The position numbers and the translations under genes are program-made. The notes below the pieces were generated by a model that did no database searches, was not told the origin of the DNA, and worked only from the letters and a program-made list of their open reading frames with translations. A DNA stretch of 64,000 nt from Psammoneis japonica (taxonomy: Eukaryota): positions 1 to 64,000 of the forward strand of contig QPGO01000219.1 in NCBI GenBank assembly GCA_008632985.1, given 5' to 3'. Position 1 is the first letter of the stretch; every line of letters starts with the position of its first letter. Below, piece after piece: positions 1 through 13,101 of this stretch.

Positions 1-1311
1 GAATGTACTGTGCAAATTAATGGCTTTCCAAGCTCGCGCAAAAGTTCCAACGTAGGTCGCCAACCGTCCTTCAAGTGACGGTGTCCAAAGCCCGGGTTGA
101 AAAGGATGAATGCGTCGTATTCTGACAGTCCGCCATGTACGTCGTGAAGGAACCCCGGAAGATGCCAAGTAATTTGTAGTGTGGATGTATTGTTCAATGT
201 AATCTTTTGTACATTGGGTTTCATCTTCGGAACATGAGGGCCAACAAAATCAAGGCAGACATCTTGTGTTTTGCCACACGAAGTCCTGTACACAAGTAAC
301 TCTCTCCAACAGTCCAGAGGGAGAGTTGCTTCTGCTCTTGCACCGACGCAACAGAATGTTTTAGTATTTTCCATTTTGCAAGAAGCGTGCGCCAGAGTAA
401 GCGGCGCCGACAACACGTGGCTGACAAGACGTTGCGCACAGTCACGTTCTTCACTATTGCTGCTGTTCGGCAAGAGCCTCCAGTTCCGGAAACGCAAATA
501 CTCCTTCAAATTTTGAAGCGGTTCCGTTGAAGACTTTGAAATGTCAATAGGAGGTACTTCTAAACATAATCGCGCTTCTGATGGATGTCGCCTCGCCCAT
601 TCAAAGGCTCTCTCTTCGTTTTGATGAGAAAAGGTACGTGCTGATTGCAACCGCAAGTGCGAATGTTGAATAGCATCGCTTGTCCATGACCTTGCTCTGA
701 ATGCAGCATATCTTGACCGTGGTACCAACATAATAGCAAAAAATTTGGCGCTTTCGAATCAACTGATAAATGAAGAGGGAAGCATTAGCAACAGTCCAAC
801 GCCGCAACGCGTCTTGAGTCTTCTTCTTTCCCCATGGTCCATGGTCACGCTCAATTATTGAAAGTTGGCGCATGAAATCCAACGACGCGACGAACAGACG
901 AAAGTGACTCAGCAAAGTAAGATTCTCTCTACGATAGATCATACGAACCTGCAAGTATGTACGACGCCAGTATTGATTCTACGACGTGGAATCGTCTTCC
1001 CGCCAAAGCCGGGGGAACGCGACACGCGACGGAATGAACAACGCTGAACATGCCGTGCAACGATCTGCAGAAAATCGATAATCGCCATCGCAACAAGTAT
1101 TATATCTATCATAACTCACGCAAAGTAAACAAAGTCGTCCTCTTGTTTATCTCGCAAGAGTGTCTACTTGAAAACCATTCGAGCCATTAAAAATTCTCGT
1201 TGGTGCTCCTGCCTTTTGGTAGCACTATCATCTTGCTTGAGCGCCCAAGATACCGCTGCCTTTTCTACTACTCCCTCCTCCGTCCCAAGAGAATCGCGTC
1301 TGCTTTCAAAA

Positions 1312-2855
1312 ATGAGTGCCAAACAAGAAAACATGTCGATCGACGACATTTACGCCGAAATGGATCGTGCCAGGAAAGTTATCAAACCCATACCTATTTC
1401 TGTTGCTCTGCCACAGTCTTCTTGGGTGTACCTGTTTGGTTCTTTGGCATTCTGCCTGTTACCGTAACTTATCAATTGGCAAAAGCGATTCTCCAACCTT
1501 TATTGCCCAAGTCAAAGAGGATTCAGTAGAACCGGTAGACAAGACCCTCCCGTCTGATGTAACTCCACGTGAAAAGAGAAAGTATGACGTTGTGATCCTG
1601 GGAGCTACGGGCTTCACGGGGAAGATTGCAGCGACTCACATTGCAAAAACATATGGCGTCGACGGCAACAAGGTCAAGTGGGCCATTGCGGGTCGATCGA
1701 CATCCAAACTTGCACAAGTCAAGAAAGATATCGCTGCTGAATTGAACAGTTCGGATATCGATAAACTGGATACTTTGGTTGTGGACACTTCTGATTTGTC
1801 GACTCTTCCAACCTTGGTCAAGGATACAAAGTGTGTCATTACGACGGCTGGACCATTTGAAAAGTACGGTTCAAACGTCGTAGAATATTGCGCAAAGTAT
1901 GGCACGCATTATGTGGATATCACAGGAGAAATCGAATGGGTAAAGACAATGATTCTAAAGTGGGATGATGTTGCGAAGCAAACCGGTGCGATTTTGTGTC
2001 CACTCTGTGGTCATGATTCGGTTCCATGGGATTTGACTGTATACCAGCTGACACAAATGCTCAAAGACGACAAGACAAAAGAAGAAGTCAAGAGTGTCAC
2101 ATGTTTGGATGATGTGAAAGGAGAAGCTTCGGGTGGGACGCTCGATACTATCTTTTTGGCGCTGGACGGCAAGGCCACGGCGGCGCCCAAGACTGAGTTT
2201 GACCCTCTTCTCAAGACACTAGATGGCAGTAAAAGCGCCCATCGCACGAAGAATACCAGTCCCGCGTTGATGATTGAGAAGTTAGACAAGAACGCACCTG
2301 GCAGGTACAAGTCTGCCTGGGCTATGCCGTTCGTTATGGCTGAAGTCAATGGAGCCACCGTGAAGCGGAGCAATGCTCTCCTCGAGACGGTGTTTCTCCT
2401 TGACATACAAAGAGGTGCAGGTCATGCCTGACTTCAAGACAGCGTTTGTCTCCATGTTTGGTATGGTGGCTGGAGTAACCGCGCTACTTAATCCTCTTAC
2501 AGGCGCGCTCGTTAAGAAGGTGCTTCCTAAACCAGGTCAGGGACCATCTCCAAGCTCAATGGAGAGGAACTACTTGTGCATAACCGGTCAAGGCCTTGGC
2601 ACTTTGGGTAGCCTTGCAGAAACTGTCATGTATTTCTCCAAGGATGCTGGGTACAAGGAAACAGGGCGCATGGTGGCCGAAAGCGGATTGTGTCTGGCTT
2701 TGGACGAAAACAAACTCTCCGCCAAGCAAGGCGGATTTTGGACCCCTGCAACGGCCATGGGTGACTGTTTGTTGGATCGCCTCTGTGCGACCGGTACACT
2801 TTTTGCGTCCAGGATGGTTACTGAAGCGGACGGACGTTTGAAAAGCAAATTATAA
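1312..2855 (+). CDS. Saccharopine dehydrogenase-like oxidoreductase (SCCPDH family), broken across reading frames
   Basis: Rossmann motif YDVVILGATGFTGK, WAIAGRS, TTAGPFEKYG, HYVDITGE, CGHDSVPWDL, SGGT and C-terminal PKPGQGPS...DAGYKETGRMVAESGLCLA...GGFWTPATAMGD. ATG at 1312. Frame changes near ~1445, ~1515 and ~2385 with no convincing intron (sequencing indels or pseudogene). Confidence 0.85.
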
Positions 2856-2959
2856 CAATTAACTTTAACAGTTATGTGTTTGTGTGGCTCTTGCACGAAG
2901 AATGCATTATGTTACGTTGTGTTTGCTTCATCGTCGCGTAACAGCTTTGTTTTCGTATT

Positions 2960-5900
2960 TCAGATGCCAGGCTTCATTTTTCGGCGTGTTTCCTGGTAAG
3001 TTAACGTTTCGCAGTTGCTTCTCAGAACACGTTGGTCCGCAGTGGCACTAGAAGATAGGTCATCCTTTGCAAACTTAGAGCAATGTGATTGATTCAATTC
3101 TTCGCTGCAGGCTTTCATGTACACCTCGCGAAACTTGCCCCTGTTCATTTTCGGCAACCCAGAAGCACCAATGGCGACTGCAATTAACTTTCCCATGTCA
3201 GTACTTGTACCAATCGTTGTTTTGTCTTTTGACAGCAGATATTGTGCAATAATGCCAGTTGGACTGGACTGAACGAGACGTCGGGTGTGTCTATATATCG
3301 TCCAGGCATCAGCGTTGGGGTCGTTGTCCGCTTCACTGTTGCCAAGACCTGTGGAAACAAAGAAAGGCTCTACTTCCGTCCCACCAAGCCATGACGGTAA
3401 GAAGGAAGGCGGGTTTTTCTCGATTGACGTGGGTTCAAGCTTTGAACGGTAATGAGTTATGTTGCCCGCACGAAACGACTTCTCCACACTATCGGAACTC
3501 TCCCATCGAAGAACATGATGAGGAGGAATACCGACAAGCTGCATCGTTTTCATAAGTTTTTCTTCGAACAGATCGAAATCTGCGGACAATTTTATTTCAT
3601 CGAAGCAAGCTGCGCTCTCCGTCCGTTCGTCGTAGCCCAGATGAAAGTATTCGCTTGAGAAGATTTTCCGCAACTCGAAAACTACGTTGAACACCATCGA
3701 CAGAATGGCAGGATAGGTGATGTCCAATGGAATCCCATAATCTGTATCGCACATCACATTGGGACAATTGGCGACTAAACCCGATGAGAACCAGCCTCCT
3801 GCACGAGATACGACGCTTAGTTCGGGCATGACTTTGATACCCTTTGCCGCAGCAACTTTGACGAGCTCCTCGACCTGCGAGACGTTCGTCACGTTCTCCT
3901 TTGACAACGTCAGAAGAGGAGCCCAGGTACGTCGCCTGGGTGTTTGTTCTGTTACATTTCCGTTCCAGGCAATCCTTGGGTGAGACTCCAAAGTCAACGG
4001 AAAGGAAAAGTCATCAAGTAGACGAAGATGAATCAAGTTGTACCCGAGTCGAGACAGAACGTTAACCATTCGCTCGACATTTTTCAGATCGTTGACAACA
4101 GAAATATCCCACGTTACGCCCAAGTGAGGTACCACGCGGTGAAAGAGCAATTTCGTTGTGTTAGTACTGCTGACACGAGGTCCACTGGGGACCTCTCCAA
4201 AGCTCTCCCAAAAGGGTTCGACCGACAACGCGACCTCCTTTTGTGAGTTAACCACTGGCTCCCCCTTTTCATCAATCTTAAGGTCTTTCATGAGTCGCAC
4301 ATCGTAGGGTTCCGTCAGTCGGTCACATGTAGCAGCCTTCCAAGTAATCCAATGGGATTTCCACTTTTCAAGCCACTTGTTGGTGAACATCAACGGTTTT
4401 CCATCTGCCAAACACGTTTCGTCCGACCACCCCAACGATCTGCAAAAGTGAACATACATTTCTGACGACCATTGCAAGCTCTGCCCCTCCTTGGAGGCGC
4501 CCATAGCCACGACCAATAGACGCCCATAAACGTTCCGGTCCTTCCACCAGTTTGTACTCAATTCAAATGTCCCAGCAATAATACCCTTTGGATCCTCGCC
4601 GACGAGCTTCTGTGTGTGAGAAAAGAACTCTGGAGCCGCCCTTTCCCCACAGCTGTCAAAGTAGAGACCCTGTGATACAAAGAATTCCCCGTCTCTTCGC
4701 TTGTTTCTTGGAAACGTTTGCCACCAATGTACCATATCTCCGGCACGGACGTTTATTCCTTGTTGACCAGTTGTTTCCCATCGAACAACCTTATCTTCGG
4801 GCATTCTCAATTCCTTCAAAACTCTCTTGAGCCCCGCTTCGAAATCGTTGTACTTAGGCATCACCTGACCTATCTCTTGATAACACGCGCTACTCATGTG
4901 GACTTCATCGCCTCCCAAATGAATATACGGACTTGTGTGGAATATCTCAGAGACTTCTTTAATGACGTCCTTCAGCACACCCAAGAGCTTCGGGCTTGTT
5001 TCGTTGAGAGGCACACCATAGCCCTTTTCGCAGGCGAATCTAGGACACGGTACGACTAGCCCTTCTACTCCACTCCACGATCCGCAGTGACCTGGAGCGT
5101 TGATCTCGGGCATAATGGTGATGTTCTTTTCAGCGGCATACTCGACGAGGTCTCTCAGTTCATCTGTAGTCCACACAGGATTTTCCTTCTGTGGGTCTTC
5201 TGCTGTTGCCGGAGCAGGCAACGCCAGCTCTGGGTGTGATTTTAACCTGACGTTGAAGGCTTGGTCATCGGTAAGTCGCAAGTGTATGAAATTAAAGCGC
5301 AACATGTGCAGGTCGTCCACAAGTTTCTTAAGCCACGTAAGAGGAAAGTAGTGTCGGCCACCATCGACCAAGACACCCAAATACGGGACGGCAGGGTGAA
5401 ATGGCACCATTGTGGCAACTGACGGAGTCTTCAACACAGCAATGGGTTGCTCAACCATTGTCTTTTTCTTTGTCTTAACCTTGATAATCGTTGTAGCGTT
5501 GGTAGTGTTGATGCAATAGTAGCGTTAGTAGTGTTTGATGCAACAGTGAGGTTGGTTGCATTCGTCTCTTCATCGCATTCGTCGCTACTTCTCGCTCCTC
5601 TTCAACCTCCACCTCCTTTTCCACTGTCTCTACAAGCCCAAGTGCTTTCTTCCACTTGTCTGCAGCGGATTCGACAGGGGAAGGGTCTCATCCGTGTCAG
5701 CATCATTGTCGAGAACGAAATCCTTGTAGTCATCATCGTCTTCCTCTTCGTATGGTTGCTCTTCAGACCCCACAGACTGAATTACCACATTCCAAACGAC
5801 AAGGATAGTATTCTTGCTGAGTTTGAAACGTTTCTCCGTTTTCCTATCATCGACAGTTTGGCTATAAGGCATTGTAATAGTCGGCGATCTCCGGGACATG

Positions 5901-6678
5901 CATCCACGAGGTTTTCATCCAACGAGCGAATCAACTGGTTTCTCCCTAGCAAGATCTTTTCTGGTGTCCTGCCCGACAAGGCATAGATATGGCCGTTTGC
6001 AGTCTCTCTGTGAGCCGCGTAAGTAATTGCCACGAACTGGCCCTTTCTTGACTTGTTCTTGCACTTGTTGCTAACAAGGAATTGAACTTTGCCATATTTG
6101 GTATTCCTCGATGTTCCTGCCACGTTGAATCTTCCATTCTTATTAATGTTCTGTGGATTCGTAAACGGATTCTTGACTTCTGCTTTGCGTTCTGCCTCTG
6201 CTTTTCCCGCTTCGCTCCGTATGCTAGGGTCGGTAACTTCTGGTTTCGTCAGACTTAAGTTCTTTGGATTTGTCAAAGTTTCCTTGATTTCTGCTTTGCG
6301 TTCTGCCTCTTCTTTTACCGCTTCGCTCAGTGTGTTAGGGTCGGTGGTTTCTATCGTCTGATTAGCTTCATCTGTGTTCTTCGCCGGCTCTTCATTTGTT
6401 GTTGTTGGTTTTTCTCCTAAGTCTTCTCCATCCTTTTCGCTATTCTGTTTTGCATCTTGGCTGCTATTCATGGACAGATTCCTTCCTGTAAAGCTATCCA
6501 ATCGAGCAGCGAGAGCAGTGTCGGTGTCGCTTGCATGGCTCGAAGATGGCAGCGCGATCTGTGAAAGCCACGTCAAAGACACCAAACAAAACAACAGTAA
6601 ACCAGTAATGGCATGCCGAAGTCGGGTAGCAATCCCCTTCTTCTTCCTTCGAGGGGAACGCTGCGGTAGCTCCGCCAT
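2960..6678 (-). CDS. Type II membrane beta-N-acetylhexosaminidase-like protein with two tandem GH20 domains (main ORF 2960-5458; N-terminal TM/stem ORF 5782-6678 joined through frame breaks)
   Basis: Domain 1: GVLVDGGRHYF..HLRLTDDQAF, MPEINAPGH, HLGGDEV. Domain 2: HLRLLDDFSF, MPELS, FHLGYDER. Upstream ORF has a basic N-terminus plus a hydrophobic anchor (HAITGLLLFCLVSLTWL). The join between the ORFs is inferred. Confidence 0.8.
6150..6345 (-). repeat. Internal 111-bp (37 aa) coding duplication in the GH20 stem region
   Basis: tgctttgcgttctgcctct occurs at 6181 and 6292; peptide EAERKAE(I/V)K..TNP occurs twice. Confidence 0.8.
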
Positions 6679-7114
6679 GGTGATTACTACTTCTACCGGT
6701 AGTTACCGTCTGCCGTACTTTGCCAACCTACTCGGGACAAAATCCAACATGCCAGGCAAATCCGGGTCTTTATTGGATGTGAACGCGTGTCGTATTCAGT
6801 AACTTCGGACCACTCCCAGCTTGGGACTTTGGACAAGCTACCGGTAGCAAGTAGGCCTACCTACCCCGAAGATCACGAAGTCAGGGTATTATAATGCTTT
6901 CGAACGATTCAGCATGAAGGGGCATACGGACACCAACTGGCCACTCTACCTACGTAGAGAAGCAAATCGAGGAACTGTGATTTGCAACCAACGATTAGAA
7001 GCACTAGAGCCACTTTGAGACTCCCCTTTTTAGTTATAAGAGATGATACTGACAAACAGCGAGCCCAAACCATTTCAGATACTGACTCTACTATTTCCTG
7101 CCAGCAGTACAACC

Positions 7115-7913
7115 TCAGCTTCGTTTTGTAAACTCAGTCTTAGAAACTTGTACCTCACCCTTTACAAGCTCGTAGACATAACACACTACAAGAGGTCCCT
7201 GAATGGCCAGTAAGATAAAGCAAGGCGTCACGTCTTTCGTGAGTGACGAATACGCCCCTGTAATGGAGCCCTGCAGATAAGTCGAGTAGGAGAGACTACA
7301 TGTCAGCGGCACTCCGATCAAGAACCGATTCGTCAAACAATAAGAACAAAGTATCTTGGCACAAAATAGGCACTTCTACTGCACTCACTGGATTTATATG
7401 GTAATGTCCTTCTTGCTCCACCACTTCGTTCTGATGAGTGTGTCCTGAAATGAGCATGTCGACGTTGAGTTGTCGTCGGATTCGACTTAGCGCAGCGTGA
7501 TCCTTCCACGGGATCACTTGATGACCATGAATGACGCCAATACGAAATTCCCCCACTTGAACGACTCGCGTCTCGGGAAAAGTCAATTTTCCATCTGTGT
7601 CGAAATCCCCAGAAACAACGTGAACGTTGGGAGCCAACGCTGCCAACTCTTCGTACTGCTCATCACTGCCAATGTTACCTGTGCAAATTACGTGCTGCAT
7701 CTTGTTGGGAACTAGCATCCTTCAACATATACAAGAATAATTTCAATGTAAGTTTTCACAGACGGAAGAATCATTGTTTCGGGCCTGCCCAATCTACACG
7801 AGATTGCGAAACACGAAAGAAACACACCGTTTGAACTTTTCGGGAATTGCATTCGCTCTCTGCGGGATGTGCAAGTCTCCCAATACCAGCACTAACTCGC
7901 CAAAGCCTGCCAT
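7115..7913 (-). CDS. VPS29: Retromer subunit VPS29; 3 exons (7828-7913, 7389-7719, 7115-7270)
   Basis: MAGFGELVLVLGDLHIPQRA..KFKRMLVPNKMQHVICTGN, HGHQVIPW, ISGHTH, INPGSITGAYS. GT-AG introns keep the frame. Confidence 0.95.
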
Positions 7914-8112
7914 GATGAGAATAAGAACTACAAGGATTCGACTCGTGCACCTTCGTGGTATTAGGGGTTACCGTATTAGGCTTTTTGTTTTATGGTAGCT
8001 TTTAGCTTTGCTTTACATAGAGCTTTAGCCTTTAGCCGTGTTGCCAGTGCTCGCAGTGCTCAGTCAAGATTTCAATCTATCTGGAATCGGTGGTGTTGCT
8101 GCGCTAGATGGG

Positions 8113-8156
8113 AGCGCGCGCGCGCGCGTATCTTTTGCTTGCCGTGCGCGCGCGCG
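8113..8156. promoter_or_regulatory. Two (GC)n alternating tracts in the ~440-bp divergent VPS29/MscS intergenic region
   Basis: gcgcgcgcgcgcgcg at ~8113-8128 and gcgcgcgcg at ~8146-8156, between head-to-head start codons. Function not shown. Confidence 0.35.
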
Positions 8157-8353
8157 GGGGAGTTTCGAGTTTTTTGGAAGTTTGAAGTTTTGAGATTTCT
8201 GCGTGACGTTCAAGTGTGAGTGTGCCGAAACGAAGTTGTTGCATCTACTGGTACTCTAGCTAGAGAGTAGAGAGTCTAATAGATCGTAGACTGTCGCTGC
8301 TTGTTGATTCAATACATTCTTCATTCTCGCTTTGACAATTGACAAAGATCGCC

Positions 8354-9588
8354 ATGAGGTCGTGGAGCTCTGACAAAAACACGACATTGGCCGGCCACAT
8401 TTTCCCGGTACTTGACAAATTTGCTGTTTCTCGAGATCAGGTTGCCGAAATATCGAAAAGCGTCAAAGAAGTCGGCGAATGGGAAGATATCTTATTGATC
8501 TTCATAGTCGGATGGGCTCTCTTGCCGATTGTAACCTACATCATTCAAGCAAAAACAGATGTTACCAAAGAAACCTTCCGAGACACGCGAACTTATCAAG
8601 TGTTCTTGAGCATTGCCCAAGTAGCGAGGATTGCACTCCTTGTGTACATGGTCGACATCCTCGACATCTGTTTGGAGATAATGGGCTTTGAGTTCTCGCG
8701 TGGAACGCAATTGTCAAGGCCGTTTGCAAAGATTGCGTATACGCTTTGGATGGCCTCGCGACTTCACTCATACAAGCACTATCTATTGAAGACTTACCTT
8801 GGAGAAAAACAGAAAAAGCACGGACTTGCAAGCATGATGAATCATTTAAGTTCGGGTATTATTGGCGCATTGACGGCCTTTTTTCTTATTGATGTGCTAG
8901 ATGTCGAGATGGGATTTACTTTCAAAAGCGCATTTGCGTTCGGCTCGGCGGGGACGTTGGCACTCACGCTCGCGTCTCAGGGTTTGGTATCTCAAGTTAT
9001 CAATGGGTTGGCATTGACGGTATCTACCAATGTATACGAAGGCGAACTTGTACAGTTTGGAGATGGGACATGTGGCAAAGTGCTTCGAATGGGCTGGCTG
9101 CAGACGTCTCTTCGCAGTGCGTCCTGCTTTTTGTGATGTCTCTCGCAATGGAAGTAACCTGCTCTCACCTTCTACACTACATCTACTCATTGTGTGTAGG
9201 TTCCAATGATCTGGTAATGACGGTGCCAAATTCATACCTTGCATCTCAGAAAATTACCAATATGTCGCGCGATAAACTATGCCAAGTGTATCAAGAGCTA
9301 CGATTCCATTACAAGGATGCCGAGAAGCTACCGGCATGTATCAAAGACATGAAGGAAGAAATAAAGAAGAACTGTCCAAACGTCATTACGGACGGCGCTC
9401 GACAATTTCGCATCGTGTGGACAGACTTCAAGGACGATCATTTGCAAGTCATGGTCGATGTTCACTTTCGGCTGCCTCCAATCGGTGACTTGTACTGGAA
9501 TAATCGTCAGGCTGTGTTGGAGACGATCTACCAAGTGGTCAAGAAACATGAAATGGAATTTGCTGTTAAAGTGCGTCCACTTAGTTGA
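8354..9588 (+). CDS. Small-conductance mechanosensitive channel (MscS family); intron 9117-9199
   Basis: TM helices, AFGSAGTLALTLASQGLV, YEGELVQFGDGTCGKVLRMGWLQT, VPNSYLASQKITNMSR. The gtgcgt...tgtag intron joins ORFs 8339 and 9070 in frame. Confidence 0.9.
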
Positions 9589-9954
9589 TTTTTTCTTCTC
9601 CTTCGAGTTTTTGCGATCATCATTATTTGCGGCGGGAGCAGTACCAGGATATCATTCTGTTCCTACATGGTTGAGAGTCTACAACACATCCTTACTGCAG
9701 CATCCATAAGTAATTATTAATACCCGCGCTTAAAGATGCACTGGACGATTACGTGTACCTATCTCGCAGGGTGTCGTCCCATGAGACATCCACAACGAAA
9801 GGGAGTGACGGGACAGAAAACCATTTACGACTTCTATGTCCATGTACTTTGTCAAAATGCTTGGGCAAAACCTCCTGCTTGGTGGCTTCGTACCTTTGCT
9901 CCTTTAAGTAGACTTTTCTATTCACCTGCAACTCTCATGTAACGTGGTTTTTAC

Positions 9955-11715
9955 TAAGCAAGAAAATGAGGGACAGCAAAAGGAGGTGCTGAAGCTGCAG
10001 TCAAATCAGAGGAATAGAAGGAGCGCATGATGCAGGGCACAGGGCGTTTGGTGGATGGAATGGAGGAGGAGTCCTTGCAAAGGGTAGAAAGGAACTGAAG
10101 GGCATGAGCAGAGAGATGACATGTGAGATGTTGAAGCTCAATTTTTGGGTGAGCCACTGAGAGGGAGAAGAGGGCTGGTGCCTGCTGCTGAAGCAGTTGC
10201 TGGCAAGTTGGATCCAGGTGAAATCAGCAGAAGGAACAAGGGAGGTGGGAGAAGCAAGGGTGTGAAGGAAGGCAGAGCAGGAGGCATCAGAGCTGTGGAG
10301 GGCAGAGAAAGAGGGCCAAGGAGGCTTGGGCTGACAGTGGGCAGCAAGCAAGAAGACAAAAAGAAAGTGGTGAAAGAAGAAGCCAAGACCACCCAAGTGA
10401 GCAATGGCAAAAGGAAGAAGGAAGATCCCATCATTGTTGAGAGAGCCAAAGAAAAGGAGGGTCCAAGGAACTTTGATCTTGTGCTTGGCTCAAGCAGAAG
10501 TGTGCCTCAGTTGATGGCACAGGAGCAGTGAGGGTCCAGGCAGACCAGGAGGAGGGCCAAAGAAGGAGCTTTGGGCACAGTGACATCAATGGCAACACAG
10601 TGGTGATGAGAAGGGAGTGGAAAGAAAAGCAGGAGAGAAGGGGTGGAAATGCCAACATCATCTGGGCAAAGAAGGGGACAGGAGACCAAGAGTTTGCAGG
10701 CTTGATGAGATGGACATCAACAGGCAAGCAGCGTGCAACTTGGCAAGAGGCTCAAGGTTTGAGACATGACAAAGACAGCATCACAAAGGCCATTGGAGAG
10801 CTTGGGATTGTGGCTGTGTTGGCAAGAGAAGGCATGATCTCTGCAGGCATCCAGAATGGCATGGCCACAGGGGCAGAAGAAGGAAGGGCAGGAAGGCAGA
10901 GCTTGTGCTGACTGGGCAGTGGTGACACAGGTGCATGAGAGGATGCAAAGGCAGGTGGAAGCAGCAGAGCTGTGAGAGAGGGGGCAAAAGGGGAGGCTTG
11001 CAAGGGGGGAGAGGAGTGAGGAGGGGGGGAACTTGGACATCAGAGGGAGCATCAGCTGGGACAGAAGCAGCTGTGATGAGGAGCACAACAGAGATGGTGG
11101 GCCAGACAAGGAGTGGTTGTCACTGACTTGAAAGAGCAGATGGGCAAGTGGCAGAGGACACAAAGCCAAGGTCCAGGGACCAGGCAAAGTGGAGACAGAT
11201 GCTGCAAAGGCAAAGACAAGAGTGGGGTTTGTTCCAAGATGAAAGAGCTTCAGGTGCTGGGGAAGAAGAGCTGTGGAATTGCCAGGTTGAAGCTGAGTTC
11301 AGTGAGTGGCAAAGCAAGAAAAGGAGCAGAGAAGTGCCACAAGGACAAAGGGGATGACAGCGGCAGAAAAGAGCCACAAAGAGTGACCAAAGCCACCAAG
11401 GGAGGCTGGGAAAAAAGCAGCAGCAAGGCAGTGATGAAAGGCGGTGCAATGAAGAAAGCAACAGACAACAGTGAGGGCAGCACATCTCTTGAAAGAACAA
11501 GGGGGGTCGTGCAGGAGGTTTGTCAACATTGAAATTGTGGCAAAAGTTGGCACCAAAGAGGTGGGTGGAAGAAGGGATGGAGAAGTGTTCAAAGAGCCAG
11601 GCTCGACCTGGTTTTCATGAAGGCTGGTGAGGAGTTTCTTGACTTTGGAGGAGAGAACCCAGGCTGGCCAAGGAAGCAAACACCGGAAGCAAGCTCAGGT
11701 TGTGGGATGGGGTTG
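9955..11715 (-). mobile_element. Decayed 3' part of an RLE-type (CRE/R2-like) non-LTR retrotransposon
   Basis: Minus-strand peptides CPCGHAILDACRDHAFSC (Zn knuckle), LLCPDDVGI...VAIDVTV (RPAD...D-V-T-V endonuclease) and IFLLPFAIAHLGGLG. Sharp CpG/TpA-depleted island. Confidence 0.7.
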
Positions 11716-12230
11716 AATGTCGCAAGGTAGCCGACAAACTCGATTGACTTGACACGATCGTCTTTCGATCAAACACAGACATTGCGGACAAGCCTTTTGC
11801 TGATCTCTCTCGGGATATGTGACCGAAATGACTTATAGATTCGGCAATAATTATGAAGTAATCGTGAAAGATGACCACACGTGATTCTTTCGTTCAAAAG
11901 TGTACTCGGATGAAATATTTAGGGACAGTCACGAGTGGCATAAAAAGACTTAGCCAATCGATTTCAATTCTGACTCATCACATTTTTCTATGACTTTGAC
12001 ATATTCTTGTATCCGGAGATACCCGTGTTTACGTTAGTTCTACGTCAAGTGAACCGAAGGCATTTTGATCGTCGATACCGATTTATGTCGTCGATGACCA
12101 ACGATGACTTTTCCTTTGTCTCTCTCTTTTTTTCCCCCAATCTCACACAAAACGACGCAGTGTTGTTCATTTTGCGTTCTCGCGAATACAGGTAGCAAGC
12201 TTCTCCTCCTCAACTTCTTTCACTCAAGCC

Positions 12231-12704
12231 ATGAATGTGCATCGCGGATACACGGATAAGGAAGCATCCAAGTTGCCTTTGTCCTGTAGAGAAGAAGAAG
12301 AAGAAGAAGAAAGCCGTTCCAGTTCTATTGACGAGCCGAAGCACAACAAAGACATTCTGGCAATGACGCCAAAGCGATCCAGAGACGTATCGTTTCGCGA
12401 TGCTGCTTCTGTAGTCATACCTACCGGTGCCATGCCTTGCGTTGAAGAACCTTCGCCAAAAAAGCGAAGGTTTCAGAGGCGCAATTCCAAGGTACCTTCC
12501 ATGTTTTTCCCCTCCGTTTCACGACGAGACTCCGTACTGCTTGATTCTTCACCACGCGAGAGTCGCAACGACGCAGTCGTGGAGAAACAAGACAGCAAGT
12601 CATCCTTCCCTACTCAACAGGAATGGAGTCGATTTCTGCACACTTGTGATCCTAGCATAGAAGACCTGTTGAAATATTTGAACAGAGTAGACGGCCTGGC
12701 GTGA
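12231..12704 (+). CDS. Hypothetical small protein with KKRRFQRRNSKVPSM motif
   Basis: Single ATG-TGA ORF of 157 aa with normal composition. The basic RRNS motif is of a kind I recognise from diatom hypotheticals. Confidence 0.6.
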   Translation: MNVHRGYTDKEASKLPLSCREEEEEEESRSSSIDEPKHNKDILAMTPKRSRDVSFRDAASVVIPTGAMPCVEEPSPKKRRFQRRNSKVPSMFFPSVSRRDSVLLDSSPRESRNDAVVEKQDSKSSFPTQQEWSRFLHTCDPSIEDLLKYLNRVDGLA

Positions 12705-13101
12705 TCAAACGCGGATTGATGACCACGGTACCGGTGCCGTATACCCCATACCCCTCTCTGGTGTTGGAGTTGGAGATATCTTTTGGAGCACGTATTAGAC
12801 TATGCTCCGCTTCGCACGCCCAGCACTCGAGAATATTTCGAAAGCTACAAACCTGATTGAATCTGAGAATCGTACCATCAAAACACGTCAAGTTTTGTGG
12901 CAATCTCACACCGAAACTTCTCGAGATACTAAGAGCAGAACATGACGACTAAAACCCCGTTATCACCTTTTATGCAGTACATGATTAGTTCTTCTTACAG
13001 GCGTATCACAGGTACTCATAGCAATCAATAAATCTGCCAGAAGTGCCAATTATAATCCGAGTGATGCTTGTCTGGCACGCTCCCCGTATGTAAAACATGA
13101 A

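Noticed and set aside
1..1160. Short ORFs at the window start
   Set aside because: No recognisable motifs or consistent exon structure.
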